Below are positions 41,102-51,343 of a stretch of 64,000 nt of DNA, piece by piece. Made by a program: the position numbers and the translations under genes. Each line of letters starts with the position of its first letter. Position 1 is the stretch's first letter. The DNA is taken from the NCBI GenBank assembly GCA_965225855.1, contig CBDDCK010000005.1, positions 1 to 64,000 of the forward strand, read 5' to 3'. The notes under the pieces are model-generated. The model was not told the DNA's origin. It saw only the letters and a list, made by a program, of their open reading frames with translations, and made no database searches. Origin of the DNA: Spirochaetia bacterium (GTDB lineage: Bacteria; Spirochaetota; Spirochaetia; SP-2023).

Positions 41102-41860
41102 ATGGCTGATAATCATCAAGTTACCTTTGCTGAAATAAAGGAAATCTTAAATAGAAGCGCTATTAGGCAAGAAGAGCTACAAAAAGCCCAAGCAATTGCA
41201 CAAGAACAATCCGAGAGAGAAATCAAACAGCTAAGAGCTTCGCAAGCCCAATCCCAAGCAGAGTGGCAGCAACGCCAACAAGAGTGGCAGCAACGGCACG
41301 AAAAGTGGAAAGCTGAATGGGAGCAAGAGCGCAAAGCTTCGCACCAAGAGTGGCAGCAACGGCACGAAAAGTGGAAAGCCGAATGGGAGCAAGAGCGCAA
41401 AGCTTCGCACCAAGAGTGGGAACAACGACTGAAGAAGATTGGCAAGATGGTTGGCAGCATAGGCGACAATATTGGCGATTGTACTGAAGAATGGTTTTAC
41501 CGCAGCTTCGAGATCAAGCCCGTTCTGGGCAGTATAAATTATGATGTAGTGCACCGCAAGATTGAAGACGATAGCCAGAAGACAGAATATGATATAATGC
41601 TGCATAATGGCTATGCTTCGGCCATTATTGAAGTTAAGTATAAGGCACACCATAAAGATGTCCAGCGGATTGTAGAAACTAAGACGAGGGCCTTCCGTAA
41701 CAGCTACCCGCAGTATGCTGGGAACAGATTATACTTGGGTTTGGCTACTTTTGCTACCTATCCAGCACTAATAGAAACAGCAAAAGAACATGGCATTTAC
41801 TTGCTCACACAACAAGGCTCGCACATAGAGGTAGTCAACAACGCTGTAGAGAGTTTCTAG
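41102..41860 (+). CDS. Coiled-coil plus PD-(D/E)XK nuclease-like protein (DUF3782-like)
   Basis: Coiled coil with a 66-bp duplication; GDNIGDCTEEWF...EYDI...IIEVK. Confidence 0.75.
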   Translation: MADNHQVTFAEIKEILNRSAIRQEELQKAQAIAQEQSEREIKQLRASQAQSQAEWQQRQQEWQQRHEKWKAEWEQERKASHQEWQQRHEKWKAEWEQERKASHQEWEQRLKKIGKMVGSIGDNIGDCTEEWFYRSFEIKPVLGSINYDVVHRKIEDDSQKTEYDIMLHNGYASAIIEVKYKAHHKDVQRIVETKTRAFRNSYPQYAGNRLYLGLATFATYPALIETAKEHGIYLLTQQGSHIEVVNNAVESF

Positions 41861-42106
41861 TAAATACCGTTGTAGATTTTAATTATCTGGCGTGTTGTTT
41901 GGGTGTAGTTGGTTAAAGTGTTGGTTGTTAGCTAGTGAATAGACTACTGGTAAATTTTTTTGGCAGTGCTACAAAAAATCATTTGCTCACTTGTAATTCC
42001 CAACACAAAGTAAGCTTTTTATTAAGAAAAAGCAAAAATGCGAGAATGGCCCTGCTTTTCATTCAAGGCCCTTTGCCATAGTATGGCTAGCTGATAAGGA
42101 TACACT

Positions 42107-43045
42107 ATGACAAATTCTAAAAAGACAGCATGGCTGATTCCGGTTTTAACCAACTTTGCAATGCTGGTTGCTTTTTTCTTAGCTCCACAGTTCCCTAATT
42201 TGGAACCATTGCTAAAGCCCTATGCAAAGTATAGTTTAAGCATTTTACTCCTAATCAATGCATTGCATATCAACTACCGTTCTTTAAGCAATGTATTACT
42301 GCGCAAACCACTTTTATTGGGCTATGGCATTTTGGTAAAAAATATACTGTTACCCCTTAGTGCATTTGGGGTTTGTTATCTTTTATGGCCAACAGCCTTA
42401 ACTGCAGCCGTACTTCTTACTGGTATGAGCTCTGGTTTTTCAGCAGTATCTTTTGCCATTTTATTGGGGCTCAAGCCAGAAACCAATCTATTACTTACTC
42501 TAGGGACTTCCTTTGTAGTACCTTTCACATTGCCCCTTTTATTATACATTTTAGCTAATGCTAATGTTGAAGTAGAAGTTATAGCTATGATGTTGCAAAC
42601 CGCTTTCATGATATTTGCCCCATTGTTGTTAGAGCGTATTTTATTTTGGAGTTTACCTAAGTTCCATGCTTGGCTTACAAAATATTCCCATAAAGTATTG
42701 GCCATAAACCTATCTATGGCTGCATTCATTATAATGCTTTCGGGGCAAGAAGTACTTCGCCGGCAGGCATTTGAATTTTATTATATTTTGGCTTTTACTA
42801 TTTTTAGTGCTTTAATCATCTATATCATATCATTACTCTTTTCTTATAAGGCCAGTTTAGAAACGCAGCTTGTTATTTTAACCGGAAATTTAGTATCAAA
42901 TTCAGGCATGGCCTCCGTGCTAGCTTTGGACTATCTCGACAACCGCACCCTCGCTATTACCATTATTTATGGGGTAATTTGGAATTTTAATATTCCTATT
43001 TTGCGCACTTGGCCTCCATTGCGCAAATTGATAACCAAACAATAG
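42107..43045 (+). CDS. Bile acid:sodium symporter family transporter
   Basis: ~9 TM helices; P-rich and NSG.A motifs typical of SBF. Confidence 0.7.
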   Translation: MTNSKKTAWLIPVLTNFAMLVAFFLAPQFPNLEPLLKPYAKYSLSILLLINALHINYRSLSNVLLRKPLLLGYGILVKNILLPLSAFGVCYLLWPTALTAAVLLTGMSSGFSAVSFAILLGLKPETNLLLTLGTSFVVPFTLPLLLYILANANVEVEVIAMMLQTAFMIFAPLLLERILFWSLPKFHAWLTKYSHKVLAINLSMAAFIIMLSGQEVLRRQAFEFYYILAFTIFSALIIYIISLLFSYKASLETQLVILTGNLVSNSGMASVLALDYLDNRTLAITIIYGVIWNFNIPILRTWPPLRKLITKQ

Positions 43046-43107
43046 TGGCACACAGCCCGCCTTGCCCCCATGAGAAGAGAAGGCAAGGCAAAAAACAAAT
43101 AGAAAAA

Positions 43108-44589
43108 CTAGTTCACTGGAATCAAACTACTTTCACTGAATTGTTCCAAACTATCCATAAAATATTCTTTGTAAGCACCCACATGGTTTGCACGCTCAAA
43201 AGTTTTGAGTGAGACTTGCGCCCCAGCAGCATTCAAATTTGCTTGAGCATCTTGGCTATTGCTTACAGGTATTAAAGGGTCTTCTGTGTTGTGATACAAA
43301 TAAATAGGCCCTTTAGGTTGCCAGCCTTCATAGATATTTAACAACCGAGCCAATACCCAAAATTCTGAATTGGTGTCATTCAATTGTTGTAAGAAATCCG
43401 GCTGAAAAAGCTTTTCCCGCGGTGTAGGTTTCTGTAACAAAATACTTAGAATATTGGGAACTCTATGCAACCAAATCTCAGTTTTTTTCCATGAACGAGG
43501 GTTATCAATAAGTTGTTGCAAATTAGGGTTGGATTCAAAATACCGCTTTAAGTTTTTGTTTGCTGTATTGCTATCCCGCAGAAAGTAATCCCAAATAGCG
43601 TAAAGAGCCCAGTTGAATAATTTATCCACAGTGGGGTTGCCAAAAGCGGTTTTCTCTAATAGAGAACTTATATTGTATGGCCCCGCATAATAGGCCCCTT
43701 GTAGTTGAATATCTACAAAATCAGGAGCTTGTTCAATAAGCCTCTGCGCCCATATTCCAGCATAGGCACCTTCAGAAAGCCCCATAAGGTAAAGCTCTTT
43801 GCGCAGTTGTAACCCCTTTATTTTGGCCCATTGGTAAACAGCACGCAAAGCATCCATACTTTCTTGCCCTAGCTCTGGACCAATCATAAAAGGGTGCTCT
43901 GCACCAGCTTGCACACCATAGCCCATATAGTCTGGCATTACCGTAAGGTAGCCACTGCTTGCTGTAGGTAAACCGTAGTTTGTTACCGCAAAAAACTTCT
44001 TTTCATTGCGATAACGGCTACCAAAAAAACTAGGTGCTTCGTAGGCCCCGCCATTTTTGCGAGGGAAAGGAAGCAAAGCACCATGATGATATGATAATAC
44101 AGGATAATCGGTTATATCCGTACCTACCGGCAACAAAACCAATGCGGATAGTGGTGTAAAATTGCTACTGTGGTAGGTAATCCGATACACTTGTACTGGA
44201 TAGCGGCGCAAGTTTATATAGGAATCCTCTTCATCTAAAACAGCTAATTGAGGGTGGGAAAGCTCCATGACAAATTGGGCATCAATAAAAGTATTTTCTC
44301 GATCATAGGCGATCGATTCCTCTTTAATGGCTTCTTGAACCTTCAGTATTTCTTTTAGCTTTTCTGTCTCTGGCCCATAATTGACGCGTGCTGGGTAGTT
44401 TAAGCAGCTTTGCAGAGCTTGCAGTAGAAGAAATATGCTGGAAACAAATAAAACTTTCGGAGAACCCAAAAAGGTTTCCAGTTGAAGTGGTAGGATAGTT
44501 CCCCAGAATTTATGGGAGTTGCCCTTGTTATTTGGGCTTTTTTGGCCTTCTTGCCCTACCTTATTGTCATTTGGCGATTGTATATTCAT
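43108..44589 (-). CDS. Alpha/beta hydrolase (secretory-lipase-like) lipoprotein
   Basis: YHHG, PDYMGYG, GLSEG nucleophile, D-P-L-I-P and H near the C-terminus. Confidence 0.8.
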   Translation of the reverse strand: MNIQSPNDNKVGQEGQKSPNNKGNSHKFWGTILPLQLETFLGSPKVLFVSSIFLLLQALQSCLNYPARVNYGPETEKLKEILKVQEAIKEESIAYDRENTFIDAQFVMELSHPQLAVLDEEDSYINLRRYPVQVYRITYHSSNFTPLSALVLLPVGTDITDYPVLSYHHGALLPFPRKNGGAYEAPSFFGSRYRNEKKFFAVTNYGLPTASSGYLTVMPDYMGYGVQAGAEHPFMIGPELGQESMDALRAVYQWAKIKGLQLRKELYLMGLSEGAYAGIWAQRLIEQAPDFVDIQLQGAYYAGPYNISSLLEKTAFGNPTVDKLFNWALYAIWDYFLRDSNTANKNLKRYFESNPNLQQLIDNPRSWKKTEIWLHRVPNILSILLQKPTPREKLFQPDFLQQLNDTNSEFWVLARLLNIYEGWQPKGPIYLYHNTEDPLIPVSNSQDAQANLNAAGAQVSLKTFERANHVGAYKEYFMDSLEQFSESSLIPVN

Positions 44590-44612
44590 GATAACCTCTC
44601 AAATATAGTTGA

Positions 44613-45224
44613 TTAAAAGTACAGATGATAAATAGCAGCACTATAGCAATTCTTTAGATCTTTTTCTAGCCCAAAGATGGGCTTTGCTGTATTTATATGC
44701 CTATGTAATCTATTACATAGAATTTTAGGTAGGTAGATAGCCTGCTCTGTGGCGGTTCCAGTGTCGCTAAGATGTGTATTTATACGAGTAAAATAAATAT
44801 CAAGTAAAAGGTTTTGTTTCAAAGCTTGGGCAAATAAGCTTGCTCCCCCAATTAGAAATATTGTTGGTGGCAGAGGTTGCAGTAGAGCGAATTGCTGCCA
44901 GCTTTGCAATAGTAAGTGGCCCGTTTTAGGTAGAACATGCATAGGAGGCTGCAGGGTATGCTTGCCAAGCAATAATGCACTTTGTTGGCTTAGTACCAGA
45001 TTAAGCCTTTCTGGTAATAAGTTACCTGTACTTTGGTATATGCTTTCTGCTGTTTTACGGCCCATCAATATACAGGCCTTTTGGGTTGTTTTGCGGAAAA
45101 AGTCCAAGTCCTCTGGCATATCTTGGCCCCAAGGCAGACGACCACCCTGCGCTGTATTAAAGCCGATCAGAAAATCTTGGTCAGCAGCAACTATCCCCGT
45201 AAGTCTCTTTACCATGGTTTGCAT
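44613..45224 (-). CDS. folA: Dihydrofolate reductase
   Basis: LPW...EDLDFFRKTT, ILMGRKT, LPER.N.VLS, IGGA. Confidence 0.85.
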   Translation of the reverse strand: MQTMVKRLTGIVAADQDFLIGFNTAQGGRLPWGQDMPEDLDFFRKTTQKACILMGRKTAESIYQSTGNLLPERLNLVLSQQSALLLGKHTLQPPMHVLPKTGHLLLQSWQQFALLQPLPPTIFLIGGASLFAQALKQNLLLDIYFTRINTHLSDTGTATEQAIYLPKILCNRLHRHINTAKPIFGLEKDLKNCYSAAIYHLYF

Positions 45225-45842
45225 CGATCGCTTGTATAAAGTCCAGTTATTTGGTTGAATCGTTTGGAGGCTATTAATAGGCTATAACATTCCGAACTAA
45301 TAATTATCTATTAAATCCGATAGAAAGTATTTAATCGGCTACTTAGAAAGTATCTTGTTTAGTAGTATCAATTCAAATGCCTATTTTAAGAATTAGGAAA
45401 ACCAGAGTATATTCTAAAGACTAGCAAAAGCCTAGTCTAGGTTGCCTTTTGTGAAGCACTTAAATTTAGCTACACAAAACAAGCCACCTCTAAAGGAATC
45501 CACTGCCTTATTTGCTTTTTTTGTGGCTATAGGGTGTAATATAGCACCGGCCGCTAGGTTAGTAGTGGCTCTTTAATGAAAGAGGACATGATAACTGAAC
45601 GGGATAAGACTTGATAACTCGGGATTTTTTGGCACAAATGGGAAGGTAAAATTGGCTTACTTCCCAAAATAAAAAGGTAAAAAGATTTTTCATTGCACTA
45701 GAAAAAGCCAGAATCCATTTTTAACACCAAAGCCCCCTCTAACCATAGAATAACCTCCCACCTATGTAATAGAATCGACCCAAATCTATCTATAGAATTA
45801 CCTCCCACCTATTGATAGAATCGACCCAAATCTATTGATACC

Positions 45843-46050
45843 CTAGTCTTTAATGAAATTTTCTACATCGGCACATAATCCAGGACCTATACAACAATCA
45901 TCGGCAATCGTTGGCCAAATTCTGAACGCCCCTGAAAGAATAATATCCCGTTTTCATTTTCATTAAATGTTTCACCTTTTGGAGATTGCCCCATAGTGTA
46001 ATTAAGGTGTAATCAAGTATTTTATTCAATTCTACACTTTCCCACCCCCT
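45843..46050 (-). pseudogene. hsdS: Shorter hsdS remnant (further deleted copy of 18841-19248)
   Basis: Near-identical DNA to the E3 relic but lacking ~190 bp bounded by a ggca microhomology. Confidence 0.75.
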
Positions 46051-46416
46051 CAAGCCTTCACAATAAAGACCAAACCATGCCATAACTATGTACTTTTGAA
46101 AAGTAACAATTATGGACTAGGTCGGTCCATAGTTATCGACTTGTTGCGTCTATAACTATGGATTGGTTGCTTTGATGGTTCATAGATTACAATAATATGG
46201 AATGCAAATGGATTGGCATGGATTTTTAACCACCTTACAACACTAAAAAACAACACTAACACACAAAAAAAGTGCCCAAAACATAAAAAAAGCACAAAAA
46301 AAGTTTGCAAAAATCTTATATAGGCCTTGACGCAACACCCCCCCTAGCAAAATGGGGCACTGTACACTAGCCCGTATGGGTTGGCGAATCTTTATCCATT
46401 TTTGGAGGTATTGCTT

Positions 46417-48153
46417 ATGTATAAGCTCAAACTACTTTTATTGCCTGTAGCATTGCTACTGGCCTTTATGGCCTTGGCCTGCGCCCCACCCGATGACGAT
46501 GATCGATCTTCTGGGCCGACTAAGCCGACTATCAATAACGCCATCTACGATTTTACTACGGCTCTGTTAACCGTACAAGGTACTGACTTAAGTCCTACAG
46601 AAGCCCAAATCCAAACTATCAGGGTAGCTGGCCTAGCCTTAAATTCTTATACTGCCACAGCCACTGGGGTAAATAGTAACGGTCTTAAACAAGGTCAGTA
46701 CCGTATTGCAAACGATGGCACTGCGATTTGGCTTAGACTTACCGATCGACATAAAGCTGCTCTGAATGGCAAGACAGGTATGGATAGCAATGGTCTAAAA
46801 AAAGGGTTGCTTACTAGCTCTGGTGCTTGGGCGGGTTTAAATACAGCCAAAGACTTGGAAGTTAGGAATATACCCGAAAATAAGCAGTCTAAAGTATCCG
46901 ATGACAATCAGCCATCTAAGCAAACTGAAGACGAACAAGCTGAAGAAGACGAACAAGCCGAACAAACCGAAGAAGTCGAAGATAAGCAGTCTAAGACCGA
47001 AGCCGAAGATCAGTCGCCTAAGCAACCTAAAGACGAACAAGCTGAACAAGTCGAAGAGGAGTCGCCTAAAGCCGCAATTACCGGTGCAACCTACAATGTT
47101 GGCACGGCTCTGCTAAATTTACAAGGTTCTAACTTAAGTGCTACAACTGCGACCCAAGCGCAAATCCAAACTATCACGGTAGATGGCGTAGCCTTAAGTT
47201 CCTATATTGCAGATGCCACAGCCACTGGGCCAGATAGTCGCAGTCTTGCAAAAGGTAAGTACCGTATTAAAAGCGATGGCACAGCACTTTGGCTGAAACT
47301 TACCGATGCCGATAAAGCTACTCTGAATGGCAAGACAGGTATGGATAGCAATGGTCTAAAAAAAGGATTGCTTAGCGTTGGCACTGGTACTTGGGCGGGT
47401 TTAGATACAGCCAAAGACTTGGACGTTAGTGGAAACCCCGCACCCACAATTACCAGTGCAACCTACAATGCTATTACAGGCGTGTTAGTGATTACAGGTG
47501 TCAATTTACCGTCAACAGTGGATCGCTGGGACTTTAGGAAATTGAGGTTTGTCGCAGGTAATGGTCGTAATAAATACACATTACCCGGTCACTACCCAAC
47601 CGGTAATAACATAGCCACAGGTTCTGCAGCAAGTGCAACAAGCTTAACGATTACTTTAGGCCGTTATCAACGCAATAGAGCCAATAGGATATTGGTTAAG
47701 AATGGTGATAGTGATGTTGATGGTGCATACAACCTGGAAGCAGCAGCAGGATTTGCAGGTGGTAGGGCTGAAGACACAAGCAATAACCCGATTACCGTTA
47801 GTGGGTATGTAATTTCTATCACTGGAGCATACTACAATCCTAATAATGGCAATTTATTGATTCAGGGTACTAATTTACTGACAACAATTGCAGAGTGGGA
47901 CTTTAGCAAATTGACGCTTGTATCCGGTGATGGTAGTAAGAGATACAAATTACCCCGGCACGCAACCACAGGTGAAAACAGAGCCGAAGGTTCTAATGCA
48001 AGTGCAGTAAGCGTATTGATTACTTTAAGCGGTAGTGTAAAAGCCAAAGTCGATGCTATACTGGTTAAGAATGGCAACCTGGAAGCAGCAGCAGGATTTG
48101 TACCTGGTAGCGCAGAAGACCTAACCAATAATAAGATTATAGTTTTTAATTGA
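46417..48153 (+). CDS. Modular surface lipoprotein, paralogue 6 (A-linker-A-B-B)
   Basis: RBS, lipobox and repeats. Confidence 0.9.
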   Translation: MYKLKLLLLPVALLLAFMALACAPPDDDDRSSGPTKPTINNAIYDFTTALLTVQGTDLSPTEAQIQTIRVAGLALNSYTATATGVNSNGLKQGQYRIANDGTAIWLRLTDRHKAALNGKTGMDSNGLKKGLLTSSGAWAGLNTAKDLEVRNIPENKQSKVSDDNQPSKQTEDEQAEEDEQAEQTEEVEDKQSKTEAEDQSPKQPKDEQAEQVEEESPKAAITGATYNVGTALLNLQGSNLSATTATQAQIQTITVDGVALSSYIADATATGPDSRSLAKGKYRIKSDGTALWLKLTDADKATLNGKTGMDSNGLKKGLLSVGTGTWAGLDTAKDLDVSGNPAPTITSATYNAITGVLVITGVNLPSTVDRWDFRKLRFVAGNGRNKYTLPGHYPTGNNIATGSAASATSLTITLGRYQRNRANRILVKNGDSDVDGAYNLEAAAGFAGGRAEDTSNNPITVSGYVISITGAYYNPNNGNLLIQGTNLLTTIAEWDFSKLTLVSGDGSKRYKLPRHATTGENRAEGSNASAVSVLITLSGSVKAKVDAILVKNGNLEAAAGFVPGSAEDLTNNKIIVFN

Positions 48154-48298
48154 TGTTGGTAAGTAAGGTTTGGTTGTTGCAACGCTTGCATTGGCCAATT
48201 GCAGCCTTGGTAAGTTTTTTTATCAAGGCTGCTTTTGCCAAGTTATAGCCATTCTGGAAAGTAGAAGAGTCGAGTTATCACGTCCTGCATCACTTTAA

Positions 48299-48727
48299 GG
48301 TAATTGTCCAAACAGTAGAATAAACCTCATTATTAGGCCTTACTCGGGTCGGTCCTGCGTAATGTTTGGCTTAATAGTACCTCCGCTTGTTGTGCTTAAG
48401 CATGTGTAGGGCTATTGGTAACATCAAAGTGCAAAGTAGCCGCTTTTGTACTTTCAGTACCTTCTACTTTACCCTTTAACTTATTATCTAATCGACAGTT
48501 GTTCATAGTTACTGCTTGATCAAAGACCAACATAAGTTTGCTAGCATTGCTATAGTTACTGGGCACTACAGTAAAGCCATTTGTAATATAATTGTTTGTG
48601 AACTTCTTGGGGGACTTGGTATCCTTTTCTTTATTTTCTTCAGGTGGGACACAAGCCAAAATAGAGAGGCCCAGAAAAGCAAAAGCATCAAGCCTAAGGG
48701 GCTGGCCCCTAAATAGAATTTCTTCAT
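48299..48727 (-). pseudogene. Frameshifted unrelated lipoprotein gene, target of the E6 insertion
   Basis: GGAGG-ATG 48727 MKKFYLGASPLGLMLL, then a frameshift to FLGLSILAC-VPPEE; protein-like sequence resumes left of 45571. Confidence 0.5.
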
Positions 48728-48968
48728 AATCAACCTCCATAAGTCTATAAAATTTAGCTACCAAATTGATGGGCAAGCAGCATTCTATCTTGCTAGGGGG
48801 TATCGTCAACTATTTAGGGGTTGCTAATCGCACAAACTTTATAAAGGTTGAGTTTTAATCACCAAATATTTACAATTCTACATTCTAATACCTTGGCTCT
48901 GCAGCTAGCCATAAAGCAAATTTTTTGCTATAGTGCGTTCCCATGGTAAAGGATCATGGTAAAGGATA

Positions 48969-49892
48969 ATGGCTAAAGACACTCAGCGATTGAGAATCGC
49001 CTTACAAAAGTCAGGGCGGTTGCACCAAGAAAGCATGGCAATGCTAAAGCTCTGTGGCATTCAACTGTTGCCTAGCTCGCAGCAATTGCTATGCCGTTCC
49101 ACCGAGATGCCACTCGATTTATTGTTTATCCGCGATGACGATATACCCAGCTTTGTCGCTGAAGGGGTTTGCGATTTAGGCATAGTCGGCCAAAATATTT
49201 ATTGGGAAGAACAATGCTTGTGGCAAGAGCAACACCCAAGCCAATTCACAGCGCAGGTACATACCAAGCTAGGCTTTTCGCATTGCCGCTTATCGCTGGC
49301 AGCCCCCAAGGGATTTGCCCAGCTCTACCAGCAGCAGGGAAGTGCAGCCTTAAAAGGCCGAACTATCGCATCGTCTTATCCCGCAAGCTTACAGCACTTT
49401 TTACGTGCAAAGGGGGTGCAGGCAGAGATTGTCAAGATGAATGGCTCTGTAGAGCTGGCCCCCAAACTACAAATAGCAGACTTAATATGCGACCTCATCT
49501 CTACCGGTTCTACTTTAATTGCCAACAATCTAGTAGAGTGCGATAGCTTGTTGGAAAGTGAGGCCGTATTGTTAGAGCATAGCGGTAGCCAAAGCTGCTG
49601 GAGTCAAAGCAAGCTTGCTTGCTGGGCCCAATTACAAACCCGCCTACAAAGTGTGCTGTGTGCTAGGGAAAGCAAGTATGTAATGATGAATGCACCTAAG
49701 GATAAAGTGGTCCAAATTAGCCAACTACTACCCGGGGTGGACTCACCCACTATTATTCCTTTGGGAGACCCTAGCCAAGTGGCCATTCATGTAGTTTCCA
49801 CCGAGCCTGTGCTGTGGGAAACAATGGAAGCTTTAAAGGCAGCGGGGGCCCATTCTATTCTAATTCAACCCATTGAGAAAATGTTTCTGTAG
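48969..49892 (+). CDS. hisG: ATP phosphoribosyltransferase (long form)
   Basis: LRIALQKSGRL, RDDDIP, GSVELAP...DLISTGSTL, C-terminal regulatory domain. Confidence 0.95.
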   Translation: MAKDTQRLRIALQKSGRLHQESMAMLKLCGIQLLPSSQQLLCRSTEMPLDLLFIRDDDIPSFVAEGVCDLGIVGQNIYWEEQCLWQEQHPSQFTAQVHTKLGFSHCRLSLAAPKGFAQLYQQQGSAALKGRTIASSYPASLQHFLRAKGVQAEIVKMNGSVELAPKLQIADLICDLISTGSTLIANNLVECDSLLESEAVLLEHSGSQSCWSQSKLACWAQLQTRLQSVLCARESKYVMMNAPKDKVVQISQLLPGVDSPTIIPLGDPSQVAIHVVSTEPVLWETMEALKAAGAHSILIQPIEKMFL

Positions 49893-49897
49893 TCTAT

Positions 49898-51328
49898 ATG
49901 AAATACCTTATCTATTCCCAATTAAATACAGAACAACGCAGAGCTTTAGTGCGCCGTCCCGCCAGCTTAGAGCAGGAAACCATAGCCAAGCAAGTGGCCT
50001 CGTTGGAACAAGAGTTTTTACAAGGCGGGGATATAGCCTTGCAGGAATTGGGCCAGCGCTTTGACCATGTCGACTTAACACCACAGCAATTTGCGATTGA
50101 ACGCCCTCTATGGCGTGAAGCATGGCAAGAACTGGGCAATAGTTTAAAAGAAGCCTTGCAGGTTGCTTTGCACAATATAGCTAAGTTTCACCTCAGTGAG
50201 TTGCCTCAGCGCAATGAGCCCGTGGTTGAGACCACTAAGGGCGTCTACTGTTGGCGGGAGTTTCGCTCCATTGAAGCGGTGGGCCTTTATATTCCCGGAG
50301 GCTCGGCTCCCCTGTTTTCTACTATGCTGATGTTGGGCGTACCAGCCATTATTGCGGGTTGCCGCCAAATTGTCTTTTGCAGCCCACCTAATAATTTACC
50401 AAACAGCTCCAAATGTCGTGGGCCGTACGCTCCTGAACGCAGTGTATATGCTGCACAAGAAATGCTTGCCTGTATGGAATTGCTCTGCCAGTTTGGTGAG
50501 CAGTGGGTTGCTCAACACCAGGCTAGTGTTGAAACGCCATACCCTATGGTAAAGCCAGAGTTACAGTACTTCCAAGTGGGCGGAGCCCAAGCTATTTTTG
50601 CCTTGGCCTATGGAACGGCTCTCGGTAGTGTGCCTGCAGTGCATAAGATTTTTGGGCCGGGCAACCCTTATGTAACCCAAGCCAAGTTGCGCATGAGCCG
50701 CCATGTGGCCATTGATATGCTCGCTGGTCCAAGTGAGGTATTGGTTATTGCCGATGAACATGCTTGCCCTACCATTGTGGCTGCCGATCTTTTGGCTCAA
50801 GCCGAACACGGCCCCCACTCCCAAGTGCTACTGCTTAGCCCTTGTAAAAAACTGTTACGCATGGTGCAAGCAGAGCTTAACCAGCAAAAGGCATTGCTGC
50901 CACGTAGTAGAGAAATCCAAAGTACTTTGGGCAATAGCTATTTGATAGAGACCCAAAACCTTAGCCAAGCTATAGCCTTTAGCAATGCCTATGCCCCAGA
51001 ACATCTAATATTGGCAATAGAGGATTACCAGCCATTGTTGCCTCAAATTCGCAATGCGGGGTCGGTATTCTGTGGGCCCCATGCTTGCGAAAGCTTTGGT
51101 GATTATGCCAGTGGAACCAACCACACCTTGCCTACCTCTGGTTTTGCCCGCAGCTGCTCTGGGGTCAATACCGAAAGTTTTGGCCGTTGGTTGACGTTTC
51201 AAAACGTTAGTGAACAGGGCTTGCGTGCGTTAGGCCCAAATGTAGAGTTACTGGCTGCAAGAGAACAGTTGCAAGCCCACAAGAATGCGGTAACCTTGCG
51301 CCTGCAGCAGTTGTCCGCTTCTCAATAA
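49898..51328 (+). CDS. hisD: Histidinol dehydrogenase
   Basis: GLYIPGGSAPL, GPGNPYV, AGPSEVL, QAEHG, GDYASGTNHTLPT. Confidence 0.95.
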   Translation: MKYLIYSQLNTEQRRALVRRPASLEQETIAKQVASLEQEFLQGGDIALQELGQRFDHVDLTPQQFAIERPLWREAWQELGNSLKEALQVALHNIAKFHLSELPQRNEPVVETTKGVYCWREFRSIEAVGLYIPGGSAPLFSTMLMLGVPAIIAGCRQIVFCSPPNNLPNSSKCRGPYAPERSVYAAQEMLACMELLCQFGEQWVAQHQASVETPYPMVKPELQYFQVGGAQAIFALAYGTALGSVPAVHKIFGPGNPYVTQAKLRMSRHVAIDMLAGPSEVLVIADEHACPTIVAADLLAQAEHGPHSQVLLLSPCKKLLRMVQAELNQQKALLPRSREIQSTLGNSYLIETQNLSQAIAFSNAYAPEHLILAIEDYQPLLPQIRNAGSVFCGPHACESFGDYASGTNHTLPTSGFARSCSGVNTESFGRWLTFQNVSEQGLRALGPNVELLAAREQLQAHKNAVTLRLQQLSASQ

Positions 51329-51343
51329 AAAGGTGGAGACCTC

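Larger units (their letters stand above)
45577..48292 (+). mobile_element. Non-autonomous TG...CA element E6 with a perfect 6-bp TSD (CTTTAA)
   Basis: ctttaa|TGaaagaggacatgataact...cgagttatcacgtcctgcatCA|ctttaa (TSD at 45571-45576 and 48293-48298). Confidence 0.88.
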
